A DNA stretch of 64,000 nucleotides from Trueperaceae bacterium (lineage in GTDB: Bacteria; Deinococcota; Deinococci; Deinococcales; Trueperaceae): the NCBI GenBank assembly GCA_965213705.1, contig OZ243913.1, positions 1,248,001-1,312,000 of the forward strand, given 5' to 3'. A program made the translations under genes and the position numbers. Below the pieces are notes generated by a model. It saw nothing but the letters and a program-made list of their open reading frames with translations. It was not told where the DNA came from and did not search any database. This document shows, piece after piece, positions 8,770 through 17,709 of the stretch (position 1 is the first letter of the stretch; every line of letters begins with the position of its first letter).

Positions 8770-10590
8770 ATGATCATTGCCCCTTTACCCTCCGATGAAG
8801 CGGTACGCTTGCAGACGCTCGAGGCTTACCACATCCTCGACACACCCCCCGAAGAAGCCTTTGATACTTTGGCGGGCCTAGCCGCCGACATCGTTCAGAC
8901 GCCGGTTGCGCTAGTTACTTTTATTGCTCAAGAACGCCTGTGGTTCAAAAGCTGCTCTGGTGTAGAAGCAACAGAAACCCCTCGAGACATTGCATTTTGC
9001 GCCCACACGATTTTGAGCGATGAGATCATGGTGGTGCCCGACGCCACCCAAGACGAACGCTTTGCCGATAATCCATTCGTCACCGGTGAGATGGCTGTTC
9101 GTTTCTACGCGGGCGTGCCGCTCATCACCCCCACGGGTCAGCGGCTCGGCTCGCTCTGCACCATTGACACGACGCCGCGAGAAGGCGTGACACCCGAACA
9201 GGCAAAGATGTTGACGCGACTGGCTAAACTGGTCGTTGACGAACTCGAGCTTCGCAAAACGTTGCGTACCGCTACCGAGCTGAGCGACCAGCTCGCCCAC
9301 CGGGCGTTTCATGACCTTCTCACAGGCTTGCCAAACCGCGCTTACCTGCAAACGCTGTTGGCCGCCGAAGCTAAGAAAAGCCACCCTGAGAAGTCCGTTG
9401 CCATGCTCCTCATCGACTTGGACAATTTTAAGACCATCAACGATAGCCGCGGCCATGATGTAGGCGACCAGGTTTTGGTCGCGGTGAGTCAACGGCTGCG
9501 CCAGGCGGTGCGTGGCACCGATACCGTTGTGCGCTGGGCAGGGGACGAGTTTGTCATTGTCAGTACAGCTTTAGACGATGCCGCACACGCCGAACAGATG
9601 GCTGAGCGGGTGCTGAAAAGCTTAGAACAGCCGCTGTGTCTGGACAGGGGCCCGCTGACGCTGAGTGCCAGTGTCGGGGTGACGGTGGGACCCGCAGCCA
9701 TGTTTGCCCAGGAAGGGCAGGTTCTTAAGCAGGCCGATTTGGCGCTCTACCAAGCGAAGAAAGTCAAAAATACCGCCGTGGTCTTTACCGGCGCGTTGCT
9801 GACGCAGTTTACCGAGCAGTACAGCCTGGAAAAAGACTTGCGTGACGCGGTGGAAACCTCGGCGCTCACCTTGTTTTACCAACCCCGAGTTACGCTGTCG
9901 TCACAGCGCTGGACCAGTGCCGAGGCGCTGCTACGCTGGCAGCATCCGACGCGCGGCATGGTCTCACCAGCCACCTTCATCCCAGTGGCTGAAAAGAGCG
10001 ATCTTATCTTAAAGCTCGGCACCTTTGTGCTTGACCGAGCGTGCGAGCAAGCCGCTCGCTGGCTGGCGGCTGGCACGCCGCTACGCGTAGCGGTGAACGT
10101 CAGTACCAAACAGCTCACGCAAGATACTTTCACTGACCTGGTGATGACGACCCTGGAGCGTTACAACCTTCCCGCCGATTTGTTAGAACTCGAGATAACC
10201 GAGAGCGCCTTTATCCTGGATGTTGCAAAGAGTATCGCGACGTTAAAAGAACTCAAGCGGCGCGGCGTGCATATCGCTATGGACGACTTCGGAACGGGCT
10301 ATTCCTCGCTCAACACCCTTACGCAGCTTCCCCTTAACGTGCTCAAGCTCGACAAAAGTTTTGTGGACCGAATCTCAACGGAAATGGCGCGGCAAGACCA
10401 AGCGGTGATGGAACTGGTGATTGCGCTCGGGAAGAGTTTGGGGCTCGAGGTGGTTGCCGAGGGAATTGAAACGACCGAGCAACATCGTTACCTGCTCGAG
10501 CTGGGCTGTGCTCAGGCGCAAGGTTATCTGTTCTCTAGGCCGGTGCCAGCGCATATGCTGGCGATTCCTAGCATTGAAGTAGTGCATTAA
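8770..10590 (+). CDS. GAF-GGDEF-EAL diguanylate cyclase/phosphodiesterase
   Basis: GAF (YHILDT, AFCAHTIL, RFYAGVPL), HDLLTGLPNR, AGDEF, EALLRW, DDFGTGYSS, AEGIET. Confidence 0.95.
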   Translation: MIIAPLPSDEAVRLQTLEAYHILDTPPEEAFDTLAGLAADIVQTPVALVTFIAQERLWFKSCSGVEATETPRDIAFCAHTILSDEIMVVPDATQDERFADNPFVTGEMAVRFYAGVPLITPTGQRLGSLCTIDTTPREGVTPEQAKMLTRLAKLVVDELELRKTLRTATELSDQLAHRAFHDLLTGLPNRAYLQTLLAAEAKKSHPEKSVAMLLIDLDNFKTINDSRGHDVGDQVLVAVSQRLRQAVRGTDTVVRWAGDEFVIVSTALDDAAHAEQMAERVLKSLEQPLCLDRGPLTLSASVGVTVGPAAMFAQEGQVLKQADLALYQAKKVKNTAVVFTGALLTQFTEQYSLEKDLRDAVETSALTLFYQPRVTLSSQRWTSAEALLRWQHPTRGMVSPATFIPVAEKSDLILKLGTFVLDRACEQAARWLAAGTPLRVAVNVSTKQLTQDTFTDLVMTTLERYNLPADLLELEITESAFILDVAKSIATLKELKRRGVHIAMDDFGTGYSSLNTLTQLPLNVLKLDKSFVDRISTEMARQDQAVMELVIALGKSLGLEVVAEGIETTEQHRYLLELGCAQAQGYLFSRPVPAHMLAIPSIEVVH

Positions 10591-10974
10591 AGCGTTCTAA
10601 TAATGCACGTTTTGTAACCTTGGGGCCCGGTCATGTTGGGTGTCGTCATGGGCGGACCGAAGGACAACCTATGGTAGTTAACGCAGGCGCTGTTTGGTTT
10701 CAGCTTTCCCTGAGAGATGCGTGAACCACATGAGGTGAAACTGCAAGTAAAGAGCATCTTCAGATTTTGTTAGAACAGTTCACAAGTAAAGCCTCTCTGT
10801 GGTGAACGCGTGCAAGTGTTGCACTACCCCAACTCGGTCACAACTCACGTGACGTCCTAACTCTGGGCCGAACCTTACCGAAAACAACACACAAACAGGC
10901 AGTACCTTAAAAACTTTATGTTGTAGACAAGTTAGCTCAAACCAGACCAGACTAGACCATACTATGCTGAGACT

Positions 10975-11235
10975 ATGCACATCACCAACATCTCCGAAGC
11001 CAAAGCCAGCCTGTCCAAGCTGGTCGAGCGGGTCTTGAGTGGCGAAGAAATCATCATCGGCAAAGCGGGCAAGCCGGTGGCGAAACTGGTTCCCTTCGAC
11101 CTCGACACCCAGCCCCGAGACCTAGACCAAGGCATCTGGGCGGGGCCGGTGCGCATGAGTGAGGACTTCGACGAGCTGCCCGAGGACATGCTGAAGCTCT
11201 TTACCGGTGAGGTCGACGACGAACCTGCTGCTTGA
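10975..11235 (+). CDS. Phd/YefM family antitoxin
   Basis: NISEAKASLSKLVERV..GEEIII...GKPVAKLVP. Confidence 0.92.
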   Translation: MHITNISEAKASLSKLVERVLSGEEIIIGKAGKPVAKLVPFDLDTQPRDLDQGIWAGPVRMSEDFDELPEDMLKLFTGEVDDEPAA

Positions 11236-11596
11236 CACCCACACCCTGCTGTGGGTCTACAGCCGCGACCAACGACTGTCCGAGGAAGCGGCCGCCGCCA
11301 TCCGGGATGGGAGCAGGGTGGTGTTCGTGAGTGCCGCGACCGCCTGGGAAATCGCCATCAAGAAAGCTCTGGGCAAGCTTTCTGCCCCCGACAACTATCT
11401 TGAAGCTCTCAGACGCTACCGCTTCACCGCCCTCAGCGTCACCACCGAGCACGCGCTGGGGGTGGAAGGTTTGCCGCATCACCACCGTGACCCCTTTGAC
11501 CGGCTGCTCGTGGCGCAGGCGCAGCTCGAGAAGCTCACCCTGGTGACGAACGACCCCAAGCTGTGGGCTTACGACGTGCCGGTTCTGAAGACCTGA
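11219..11596 (+). CDS. vapC: PIN-domain VapC toxin (expected start codon reads ACG)
   Basis: LLLDTH, SAATAWEIAIK, HRDPFDRLLVAQA, LVTND; overlaps the antitoxin 3' end; alternative GTG at 11207. Confidence 0.9.
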   Translation, partial: TNLLLDTHTLLWVYSRDQRLSEEAAAAIRDGSRVVFVSAATAWEIAIKKALGKLSAPDNYLEALRRYRFTALSVTTEHALGVEGLPHHHRDPFDRLLVAQAQLEKLTLVTNDPKLWAYDVPVLKT

Positions 11597-11657
11597 AGAA
11601 TGGGCGTGAACGTTCCCATGCGATTACAGACTGGAAAGCCCGAATCTGCTACTCTTG

Positions 11658-11677
11658 TTGTCACTTATGGTTGACAA
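11658..11677. promoter_or_regulatory. Inverted repeat (candidate autoregulatory operator) upstream of the RES TA module
   Basis: TTGTCA-CTTATGGT-TGACAA just before the RBS and ATG at 11688. Confidence 0.45.
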
Positions 11678-11687
11678 AGAGGCAGGT

Positions 11688-12056
11688 ATGGCTGACAAAG
11701 AGACGAGAGAGTTTAAGGGGCGCACGGACCGCGCGGGTTACACCGAGTCCACGCCAAGATTCCTCGCGAAGCGCAGCCCCGCCCTGCCGCAGCGGGACGA
11801 GGCCATTCAAAAGGCCCTCCAAATGCTTGGCATTACCTCTCGTCACGACGCGAGCCTGAGCACGTTGCGAGCGTTCAAGCGTGCCAGAGAAGCCGTCGGT
11901 GTCCTCTATGACGAGTTTGCCGACGACCTCGAGGTCTTTTTGAACCAGCCTCTGGCCGACTACGGCGGCAAAAGCGTGGTTGACCTAGTGGCGGAACATG
12001 GCGTACGCGCCCTGGAAGCGGTGCGCTCGGACGTTGAGTATCCCGTTCCTGCCTGA
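11688..12056 (+). CDS. Xre/MbcA/ParS-type antitoxin
   Basis: C-terminal FLNQPLADYGGKSVVDLV resembles the MbcA/ParS toxin-binding domain; directly upstream of a RES gene. Confidence 0.75.
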   Translation: MADKETREFKGRTDRAGYTESTPRFLAKRSPALPQRDEAIQKALQMLGITSRHDASLSTLRAFKRAREAVGVLYDEFADDLEVFLNQPLADYGGKSVVDLVAEHGVRALEAVRSDVEYPVPA

Positions 12057-12062
12057 GCCAAG

Positions 12063-12668
12063 ATGGTTCACCGCGTTGATGACGCTGACATCCTCAACCT
12101 TTGCCGTCCTCTAACCAACCAGCTCGCCTGGCGCTACGTCGCCTACAAGTACCTCCTCCAACCGGAGCCCGAAGCGAAACGGCCGTTGTCCATCGTGGGC
12201 AGCTTAAAGGGCGGCGGGCGGTACAACATCGGCCTCAACCTGCCCGGCTTTGAACCCTTCGGGGCCGTCTACACCAGCCTCGAGGCGGTCACCGCCACTC
12301 GGGAGATGCGCTTTCCTAGCGCTCCGGAAACGCCTTATGTGCTCTTTCCCGTTCGGGCTACGCTGGCGCGGGTTCTGGACTTGCGTGCAGAAAATGTCAT
12401 CAAGGTGCTCGAGCTTGAAGGAGACCGACTCTACAGTCCCTGGCGCGAAGAAAGCAAGATTCTGGGCCGACCAGCGTACCCGCAGCTTGTTGGAGCAAAA
12501 CTCTTCAGCGCCGGCGTCGAGGCAATACTCACGCACAGCGTGGTTGACGAGGACAGCACCAACCTCACGATTTACCCGGCCAACTTGACGGGCGACAGCC
12601 GCGTGAGCGTCACGGGCGACGTGGACGACCCGAGGGTGGTCGACGTGCTGCTGCCGGAGGACGTCTAG
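12063..12668 (+). CDS. RES domain toxin (NAD+-consuming family)
   Basis: GGRYN, YTSLEAVTATRE, VLDLR, HS and NLTIY give the R-E-S pattern. Confidence 0.85.
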   Translation: MVHRVDDADILNLCRPLTNQLAWRYVAYKYLLQPEPEAKRPLSIVGSLKGGGRYNIGLNLPGFEPFGAVYTSLEAVTATREMRFPSAPETPYVLFPVRATLARVLDLRAENVIKVLELEGDRLYSPWREESKILGRPAYPQLVGAKLFSAGVEAILTHSVVDEDSTNLTIYPANLTGDSRVSVTGDVDDPRVVDVLLPEDV

Positions 12669-12877
12669 CCCGAAAAGGCGGCTTCACTTCGCAGTCACCA
12701 CCTTTCGGCTGCGCTCCGGAAACATTAAAGTGCAAAACGAAACACCTATTGAGCAAAGACACCGTTGGCTAACCCCCACTGTCAAAGGGTCGGGCGGCCT
12801 ACCATAGTCTGACAAGCCTTTTTTGAGCGTTGCGCTCGAGGCAGGGCCGAGCTGCGAACTAAGACGGGAGAAGTTAG

Positions 12878-13093
12878 ATGGACTGGGAAGAAATCAGCCG
12901 TAACTGGGACAGGTACCGAAAGGACGCGCAACACACCTGGAACAAGCTACCCGCTCCCGACCTCGACGCCACGGCGGGCGACCGCGACAAGCTGATAAGC
13001 AGCGTCAGAGAAGGTTTGGGGCTGTCGCTCGAGGCGGCCGAGACCGAGGTCGACGCTTGGGCTAAAAGAATGACCGAGATTCAGTCCACCTAG
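12878..13093 (+). CDS. CsbD/YjbJ-like general stress protein
   Basis: MDWEEISRNW...TWNKL..DLDATAGDRDKL...AETEVDAW. Confidence 0.8.
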   Translation: MDWEEISRNWDRYRKDAQHTWNKLPAPDLDATAGDRDKLISSVREGLGLSLEAAETEVDAWAKRMTEIQST

Positions 13094-13111
13094 TTCACTT
13101 GGAGGCAAGCC

Positions 13112-13315
13112 GTGACACAGTATGACCTTAGCGACCCAGTGATTCCACCGATTGAAGAGCCGACACCTGGCAAAGATGTTCCCAACCCAGACATGCCTGA
13201 CCAGCAACCGCCCGGAGTCGACGAGCCGGGTGAGGACCTGCCAGGCATCGACGAGCCGCCTGGAGACTTGCCCGACCAGGTACCGCCGGGTACCGACTTG
13301 CCCGGAAGACGGTGA
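13112..13315 (+). CDS. Small Pro/Asp-rich low-complexity protein
   Basis: GGAGG RBS; paralog at 53541-53804 conserves DEPGEDLPGIDEPPGDLPDQVPPG with synonymous changes. Confidence 0.75.
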   Translation: MTQYDLSDPVIPPIEEPTPGKDVPNPDMPDQQPPGVDEPGEDLPGIDEPPGDLPDQVPPGTDLPGRR

Positions 13316-13507
13316 CGGCGTAGCTTCACTGTCACTCGGGTTTGCCAGGAGTCGAGCCGAATAGGCTGGTTGTAAAGGCCAGTGAAAAACCTACGCTCGC
13401 CCCAAAACGCCGATAAGGGCAAGGCGAAGGTAGCCGAGGCGAACCCCAACCGGGGCGACCGCCGCTGGTCTCCTCATGGTCGTGGCTTGCACATTGCTGT
13501 CCTGTCG

Positions 13508-13547
13508 CGCTGCCAAGCTAGCGCGAGATAGCTTGGCAGCGTCTTTT
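13508..13547 (+). terminator. Rho-independent terminator
   Basis: CGCTGCCAAGCTA/TAGCTTGGCAGCG 13-bp stem followed by TCTTTT. Confidence 0.7.
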
Positions 13548-13603
13548 CAACCCTGCCCTGTAACGTCTCATAAAGGACTTATCAAGCGTCCTACACGTCA
13601 TCT

Positions 13604-14026
13604 CTAGCTACGTTCAGCTTTGTCTTTCAGCCTCGAGTCCAACTCTACCAAACTGACGTCCTGCCCTGTCAACCGCCAGCCAATTCCCCGGCTGCGCCCG
13701 TTCCAACGCAAGTAACCCAGCTCCTCCAGCACCACACCGAGGTAGCTCGCCCCCTGGGCATAGGTCGTGTTGGGCTTGATGGACATAAGCGTCATCCCCA
13801 ACCCCGGCCGCTCAGTCCCAGCACCCAACTTCTCGACGTTGTTCGCCAAAGGAAACTCGTTGGCACCGAAGGCCGCCTCGAGCCTGCTCAACAGCTCGAC
13901 CAGGTCGCCCACCGGATAAGTGTGAACGAAATTCTTCTCGTTCCGAATAATGACACACTGACCGGTAATGTCGAAGTGCCACTCGAACCGCTTGGCCCGG
14001 TTCGGCCCACCGCGCGTGCTAGACAT
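13604..14026 (-). CDS. Hypothetical protein
   Basis: Protein-like from MSSTRGGP (FPLANNVEKL, ASYLGVVLEELG, GIGWRL); the longer upstream extension is unlikely. Confidence 0.65.
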   Translation of the reverse strand: MSSTRGGPNRAKRFEWHFDITGQCVIIRNEKNFVHTYPVGDLVELLSRLEAAFGANEFPLANNVEKLGAGTERPGLGMTLMSIKPNTTYAQGASYLGVVLEELGYLRWNGRSRGIGWRLTGQDVSLVELDSRLKDKAERS

Positions 14027-14324
14027 AGTGAAAGCATAAACGGCGTTCCTAAACGACGGCGTGAAACAAACCCCGGCTCGCCCACTCCCTAAACTGTCCC
14101 CATGACCAAATAAGAGTTCGAAGAAGGTGAAACTTGGGCCTACCGCAGCCCCAAGGCCCTCGGCACGCCCGCCGCCCAGGTGGCCCTCGTGGTTCCTGCC
14201 CAACCGCAAGGGCGCGGTCAAGGTCAAAGCGTAGTAAAATCACCTTGTCATGTTTCGTAAACCAAGGAAACCTGCAAGCCAAAGGTTCGAACTCGCCCGG
14301 ATTCACGCGGCTGCCCTATCAGGG

Positions 14325-14882
14325 ATGCTTTTCTTGTCGGCAGAAGATGAAACGGCCTTTTGCAAAGAATTCTGGCGGCGGGTCGATGTCAACAACCACG
14401 GTTGCTGGAATTTCAAGGGCTACACGACCAAACGCGGCTACGGCCGTATCTCGGTCCCCAGACGTTGGCAGGGATACTTACCCAAAGCGATGGCCGCTCA
14501 TCGGCTTGCCTATCTGCTGGCTCGTGGCGATATTACGGAAAGTTCTATGGTGCTACACACCTGCGATAACCCACCGTGCTGTCGACCTGATCACCTGTAC
14601 TTAGGTTCTTACTTAGAGAATGCCCAGGACAGGGTGTTTCGCGGTCGCCACGTCGCTCTTCGTGGTGAGGAAAACGGCAGCGCGAAGCTAACCGAGGCTG
14701 CTGTGTTGGAAATAAAACGCAAGCTCAGGAATTACAACCCAAAAAAGGTAAGAACATATAGTTCGTTCGATAGAGAACGCCCCTTAACCTTGGCAGGTGT
14801 TGCCCGAGAGTTTGGCGTATCTGTAAATACGGTAACAAACATTCACAAGGGGAAAACCTGGACGCATGTAAAACCTGACTAA
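14325..14882 (+). CDS. Phage-type HNH homing endonuclease with C-terminal HTH
   Basis: FWRRVD..GCWNF.G....GYG, AHRLAY, VLHTCDNPPCCRPDHL, GEENGSAKLTE, AREFGVS..W; start could be 14250. Confidence 0.9.
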   Translation: MLFLSAEDETAFCKEFWRRVDVNNHGCWNFKGYTTKRGYGRISVPRRWQGYLPKAMAAHRLAYLLARGDITESSMVLHTCDNPPCCRPDHLYLGSYLENAQDRVFRGRHVALRGEENGSAKLTEAAVLEIKRKLRNYNPKKVRTYSSFDRERPLTLAGVAREFGVSVNTVTNIHKGKTWTHVKPD

Positions 14883-14941
14883 TACAACTTTTTTGAGTTC
14901 TTTAAAACACTCCAATTTGTGCTGCTCTCGTATCTACCCCA

Positions 14942-14969
14942 ATCTCTGGTAATCTATTTTATCAGGGGT
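14942..14969. other. dif-like tyrosine-recombinase site, copy 2 (direct repeat of 8333-8360)
   Basis: ATCTCTGGTAA-TCTATT-TTATCAGGGGT; 25/28 identical to copy 1, same spacer and orientation. Confidence 0.7.
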
Positions 14970-14985
14970 AAAAGGGTATGAGCCT

Positions 14986-15666
14986 ATGCCGCGCTTGGGC
15001 CATTCACACGCCAAAAAATTTCTCTATTCATCGCGCCAAAGGCAGCAGCGCCACCATGAAAAAGTAGTCCCGCGCCTCTACATCTCTAGTTTGTTCAGTT
15101 CCTACCCCACGTCGGAAAAGTGCCTCGACGGTGACACGCTTCCTACGGATGAGGTCATGGTGACCGTGACCGGCCCGGCCGCTTGGAACGATGGCGAACC
15201 CGTAACAGTGACGCGCGGCCGGGATGACGTCCTCGACGGTTCGACCGCGATTATCACCAGCATCAGTGCGGTGAGTGGCAGCTACACCGTTACCATGACG
15301 TCGGGTGACACGATCTATAAAGCCAGCGGCAGACTCGACGCGACTAGGCTCTTGCCCACGCCTCAGAACGTGACGGTGACTGAGCACAGCTCGAACGAAG
15401 TCAGCGGGCAGTGGGACCCGGTTCCTGGCGCTTTAGTCTACCAGGTGTTCATTCGCGAGGACTTCACCGTTTTCACCTCACCCACCCTCAGCTCGACCCT
15501 TGTCAGCGGCACCAGCGCTACGCTCGGCGACCTCGACCTTCCACCGGGGGAGTACGCCCTGGAGGTGCTTGCCACGACCATCGACTTCACCACCGAGGGA
15601 CCTCTGGTTAATCCCGGCGACTACGACCTCTCGTATAACCGGTCGGTGCCTTTCACGATTCAGTAA
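14986..15666 (+). pseudogene. Probable 5'-decayed surface protein with a fibronectin type III-like domain
   Basis: PTPQNVTV...GQWDPVPGALVYQVFI; the first ~50 aa do not look protein-like and there is no signal peptide. Confidence 0.45.
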
Positions 15667-15753
15667 CAAGGTTAACGCACTTCACTCCTTTTTGAAAAAA
15701 ACATCCCGTACCTAAAGCCTTCTCAAAAACCCGATTTACACAAAGGAGATGCC

Positions 15754-16119
15754 ATGAACAACCGGTACACGAATCTGCTGAAACTGGTAGTGGGTGCATT
15801 GCTCGTGCTGCTCGTCACCTCTGGGTGCAATCTGAATGACATTATCAACCCCAAACTTAAAATCACAGCCGTTGAACTCAACGCCGAGGCCGCTTCCCTT
15901 GAGGTCGGCGAATCCGTGACGCTCACTGCCGTCGTGTATGGCGACCCCAATCACGAGGTTCTCTGGCGAACTTCCAACAGTAAGTTGGCGACGGTTGAGC
16001 GCGGCGAAGTCGCGGCGCTGGAGCCTGGCGAGGTGCGTATCACCGCTTTAAGCAGGTACGATCCTACAAAGTTTGATTCCGCTACTATCAATATCACCCC
16101 AGCCAATTCAGCAGAATGA
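15754..16119 (+). CDS. Lipoprotein with Ig-like (Big_2) domain
   Basis: AAGGAG RBS; lipobox LVTSGC; LEVGESVTLTA..V.WRTSNSKLATV..GEV.A..PGEVRITA. Confidence 0.85.
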   Translation: MNNRYTNLLKLVVGALLVLLVTSGCNLNDIINPKLKITAVELNAEAASLEVGESVTLTAVVYGDPNHEVLWRTSNSKLATVERGEVAALEPGEVRITALSRYDPTKFDSATINITPANSAE

Positions 16120-16186
16120 CCCCACTAGAGGGCAGCAGAAGCGCCGCCCTCGAAAATGCGACCACTTATGAAATGGAGTAAAGCAC

Positions 16187-16471
16187 ATGGCTGAGACACC
16201 TGCTGAGCGGAGAGCCCACGCCCGCGCCATCCGCGAAGAAGCAATAGACATCGCAGAAGACGAGAATCTTCCACTGCACGAAAGCAACGACGACGAAAAC
16301 AGTCAGCGCGACTTTGTAGCGGCCTTTTCAAAAGGGCTCCCCCACAATTCGTTCGGCCTATCCCGTCCCGGCGAGGTCGATCCAGGCGCATACAAGAAGT
16401 TGCTCGACGCGGTGCAATCGTTGGTAGAAACTAAAGTGCTTGGTTTGTCAGCAGGGGTTTGTCGCCGGTAG
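16187..16471 (+). pseudogene. N-terminal fragment of a vanadium-dependent haloperoxidase
   Basis: H.SNDDE...FSKGLPHN..G...GEVDPGAYKKLL.A; similarity ends near 16420 and the catalytic domain is absent. Confidence 0.65.
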
Positions 16472-16545
16472 CTTAGTGTTTGCCGTAAACCACTTTCAAC
16501 ATCGGCCCTAATCTGGTTGAGCCATCAGGGAGTAAACTCGAGCAG

Positions 16546-17709
16546 ATGACCTTGGCGAACCAACTTGAGCAACTCCACACCCTGAACGAACTCGGCGCGA
16601 TTCTCAACCGCGAGCCCGACTTCGCCGCGGCCCTGGCCCCTGCCTTGGCGCGGCTTGTCGAATTGCTGGGCCTCAGCACGGGCTGGGTGTTCTTGAGCAC
16701 GGTGACCACGGGCGACGCGCACCGGGGCGGGTTCAGGCTTGCCGCCCACAATGATTTGCCGTCGGCACTGAACGCTGACGACCGAGCACCACTGTGTGAG
16801 GGCAGCTGCGAGTGCCAGGGTTTGTTCCGGCGGCGGGAACTCGACGCAGGCGTGAACATGGTCGTTTGCAGCCGCTTGAAGGGCGCGACCGGCGACACCC
16901 GCGGCCTGAAAGTTCACGCTAGTGTACCCCTGCTCGGCACCGACGGTCCCGTCGGCATCCTCAACTTAGCGGCGGCGGACAACAAGCGGTTTACCGAAGA
17001 ACGCTTGGCTTTTTTGACCGCGGTGGGACGTCAGCTCGGCACGACCCTCGAGCGCTCGCGCTTGCAAGAGGCGCACACCCGCGAAGCGCGCTACATGGCA
17101 ATGTTGGAAGAGCGGCAGCGCCTAGCCCTCACCATGCACGACTCGGTCACGCAGCTTTTGTTCGCCGCCGACCTGTCTTTGAGCGTCGCTCGCGAGCTTG
17201 ACGGGGAAGCTGAAGAGGGTGCGGAAAATAGCGTGCAACGTCTGCACCACATCGCGACCGCGCACGACGCGGTGCAAGGTGCCGTCGCGGAACTGCGCGG
17301 CCTCGTCGAGACGATGCGGCCCGCCGACTTGTCCCAAGGGCTCACAGCCGCGCTGACCCGCTTGGCGACGCGCGTGGCGGGAAGTATCAAGGTGCAGCTC
17401 GAGGCTGAAGACCTCGCTCTGCCCCTCGGCTACGAGGTCGAACTGTACCGCGTCGCCCAAGAGGCCGTCCACAACACGCTCCGGCACGCCGCGGCGCAAA
17501 ACCTGTGGCTCGAGCTGCGGGGTACGGCCGCAGGCGTCACGCTAAGCATCCGTGACGACGGCAAAGGTTTCGGGAAAACGCCGATCGGTCCCGGCCTGGC
17601 CGGGATGCGCGAGCGGGCGCTCGTTCTAGGAGGTCGCTTGTTGTTGGGCGAGGTGCCGCCGAACGGCAGCTTGGTCCGGATGGAGGTGCCGTGGCCACCA
17701 GGCTCCTGA
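16546..17709 (+). CDS. GAF-domain sensor histidine kinase (HisKA_3; AirS/YhcY-like Cys motif)
   Basis: C-x3-CxC-x17-C in the GAF domain, HASVPL, ERQRLA..MHDSVTQ, QEAVHN..RHA, DDGKGF, GLAGMRER. Confidence 0.92.
   Translation: MTLANQLEQLHTLNELGAILNREPDFAAALAPALARLVELLGLSTGWVFLSTVTTGDAHRGGFRLAAHNDLPSALNADDRAPLCEGSCECQGLFRRRELDAGVNMVVCSRLKGATGDTRGLKVHASVPLLGTDGPVGILNLAAADNKRFTEERLAFLTAVGRQLGTTLERSRLQEAHTREARYMAMLEERQRLALTMHDSVTQLLFAADLSLSVARELDGEAEEGAENSVQRLHHIATAHDAVQGAVAELRGLVETMRPADLSQGLTAALTRLATRVAGSIKVQLEAEDLALPLGYEVELYRVAQEAVHNTLRHAAAQNLWLELRGTAAGVTLSIRDDGKGFGKTPIGPGLAGMRERALVLGGRLLLGEVPPNGSLVRMEVPWPPGS

Noticed and set aside
13112..13315. CRISPR array or RiPP precursor in the Pro-rich repeats
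   Set aside because: The repeats are short, coding and irregular with no spacers; no cas or modification enzymes are adjacent.
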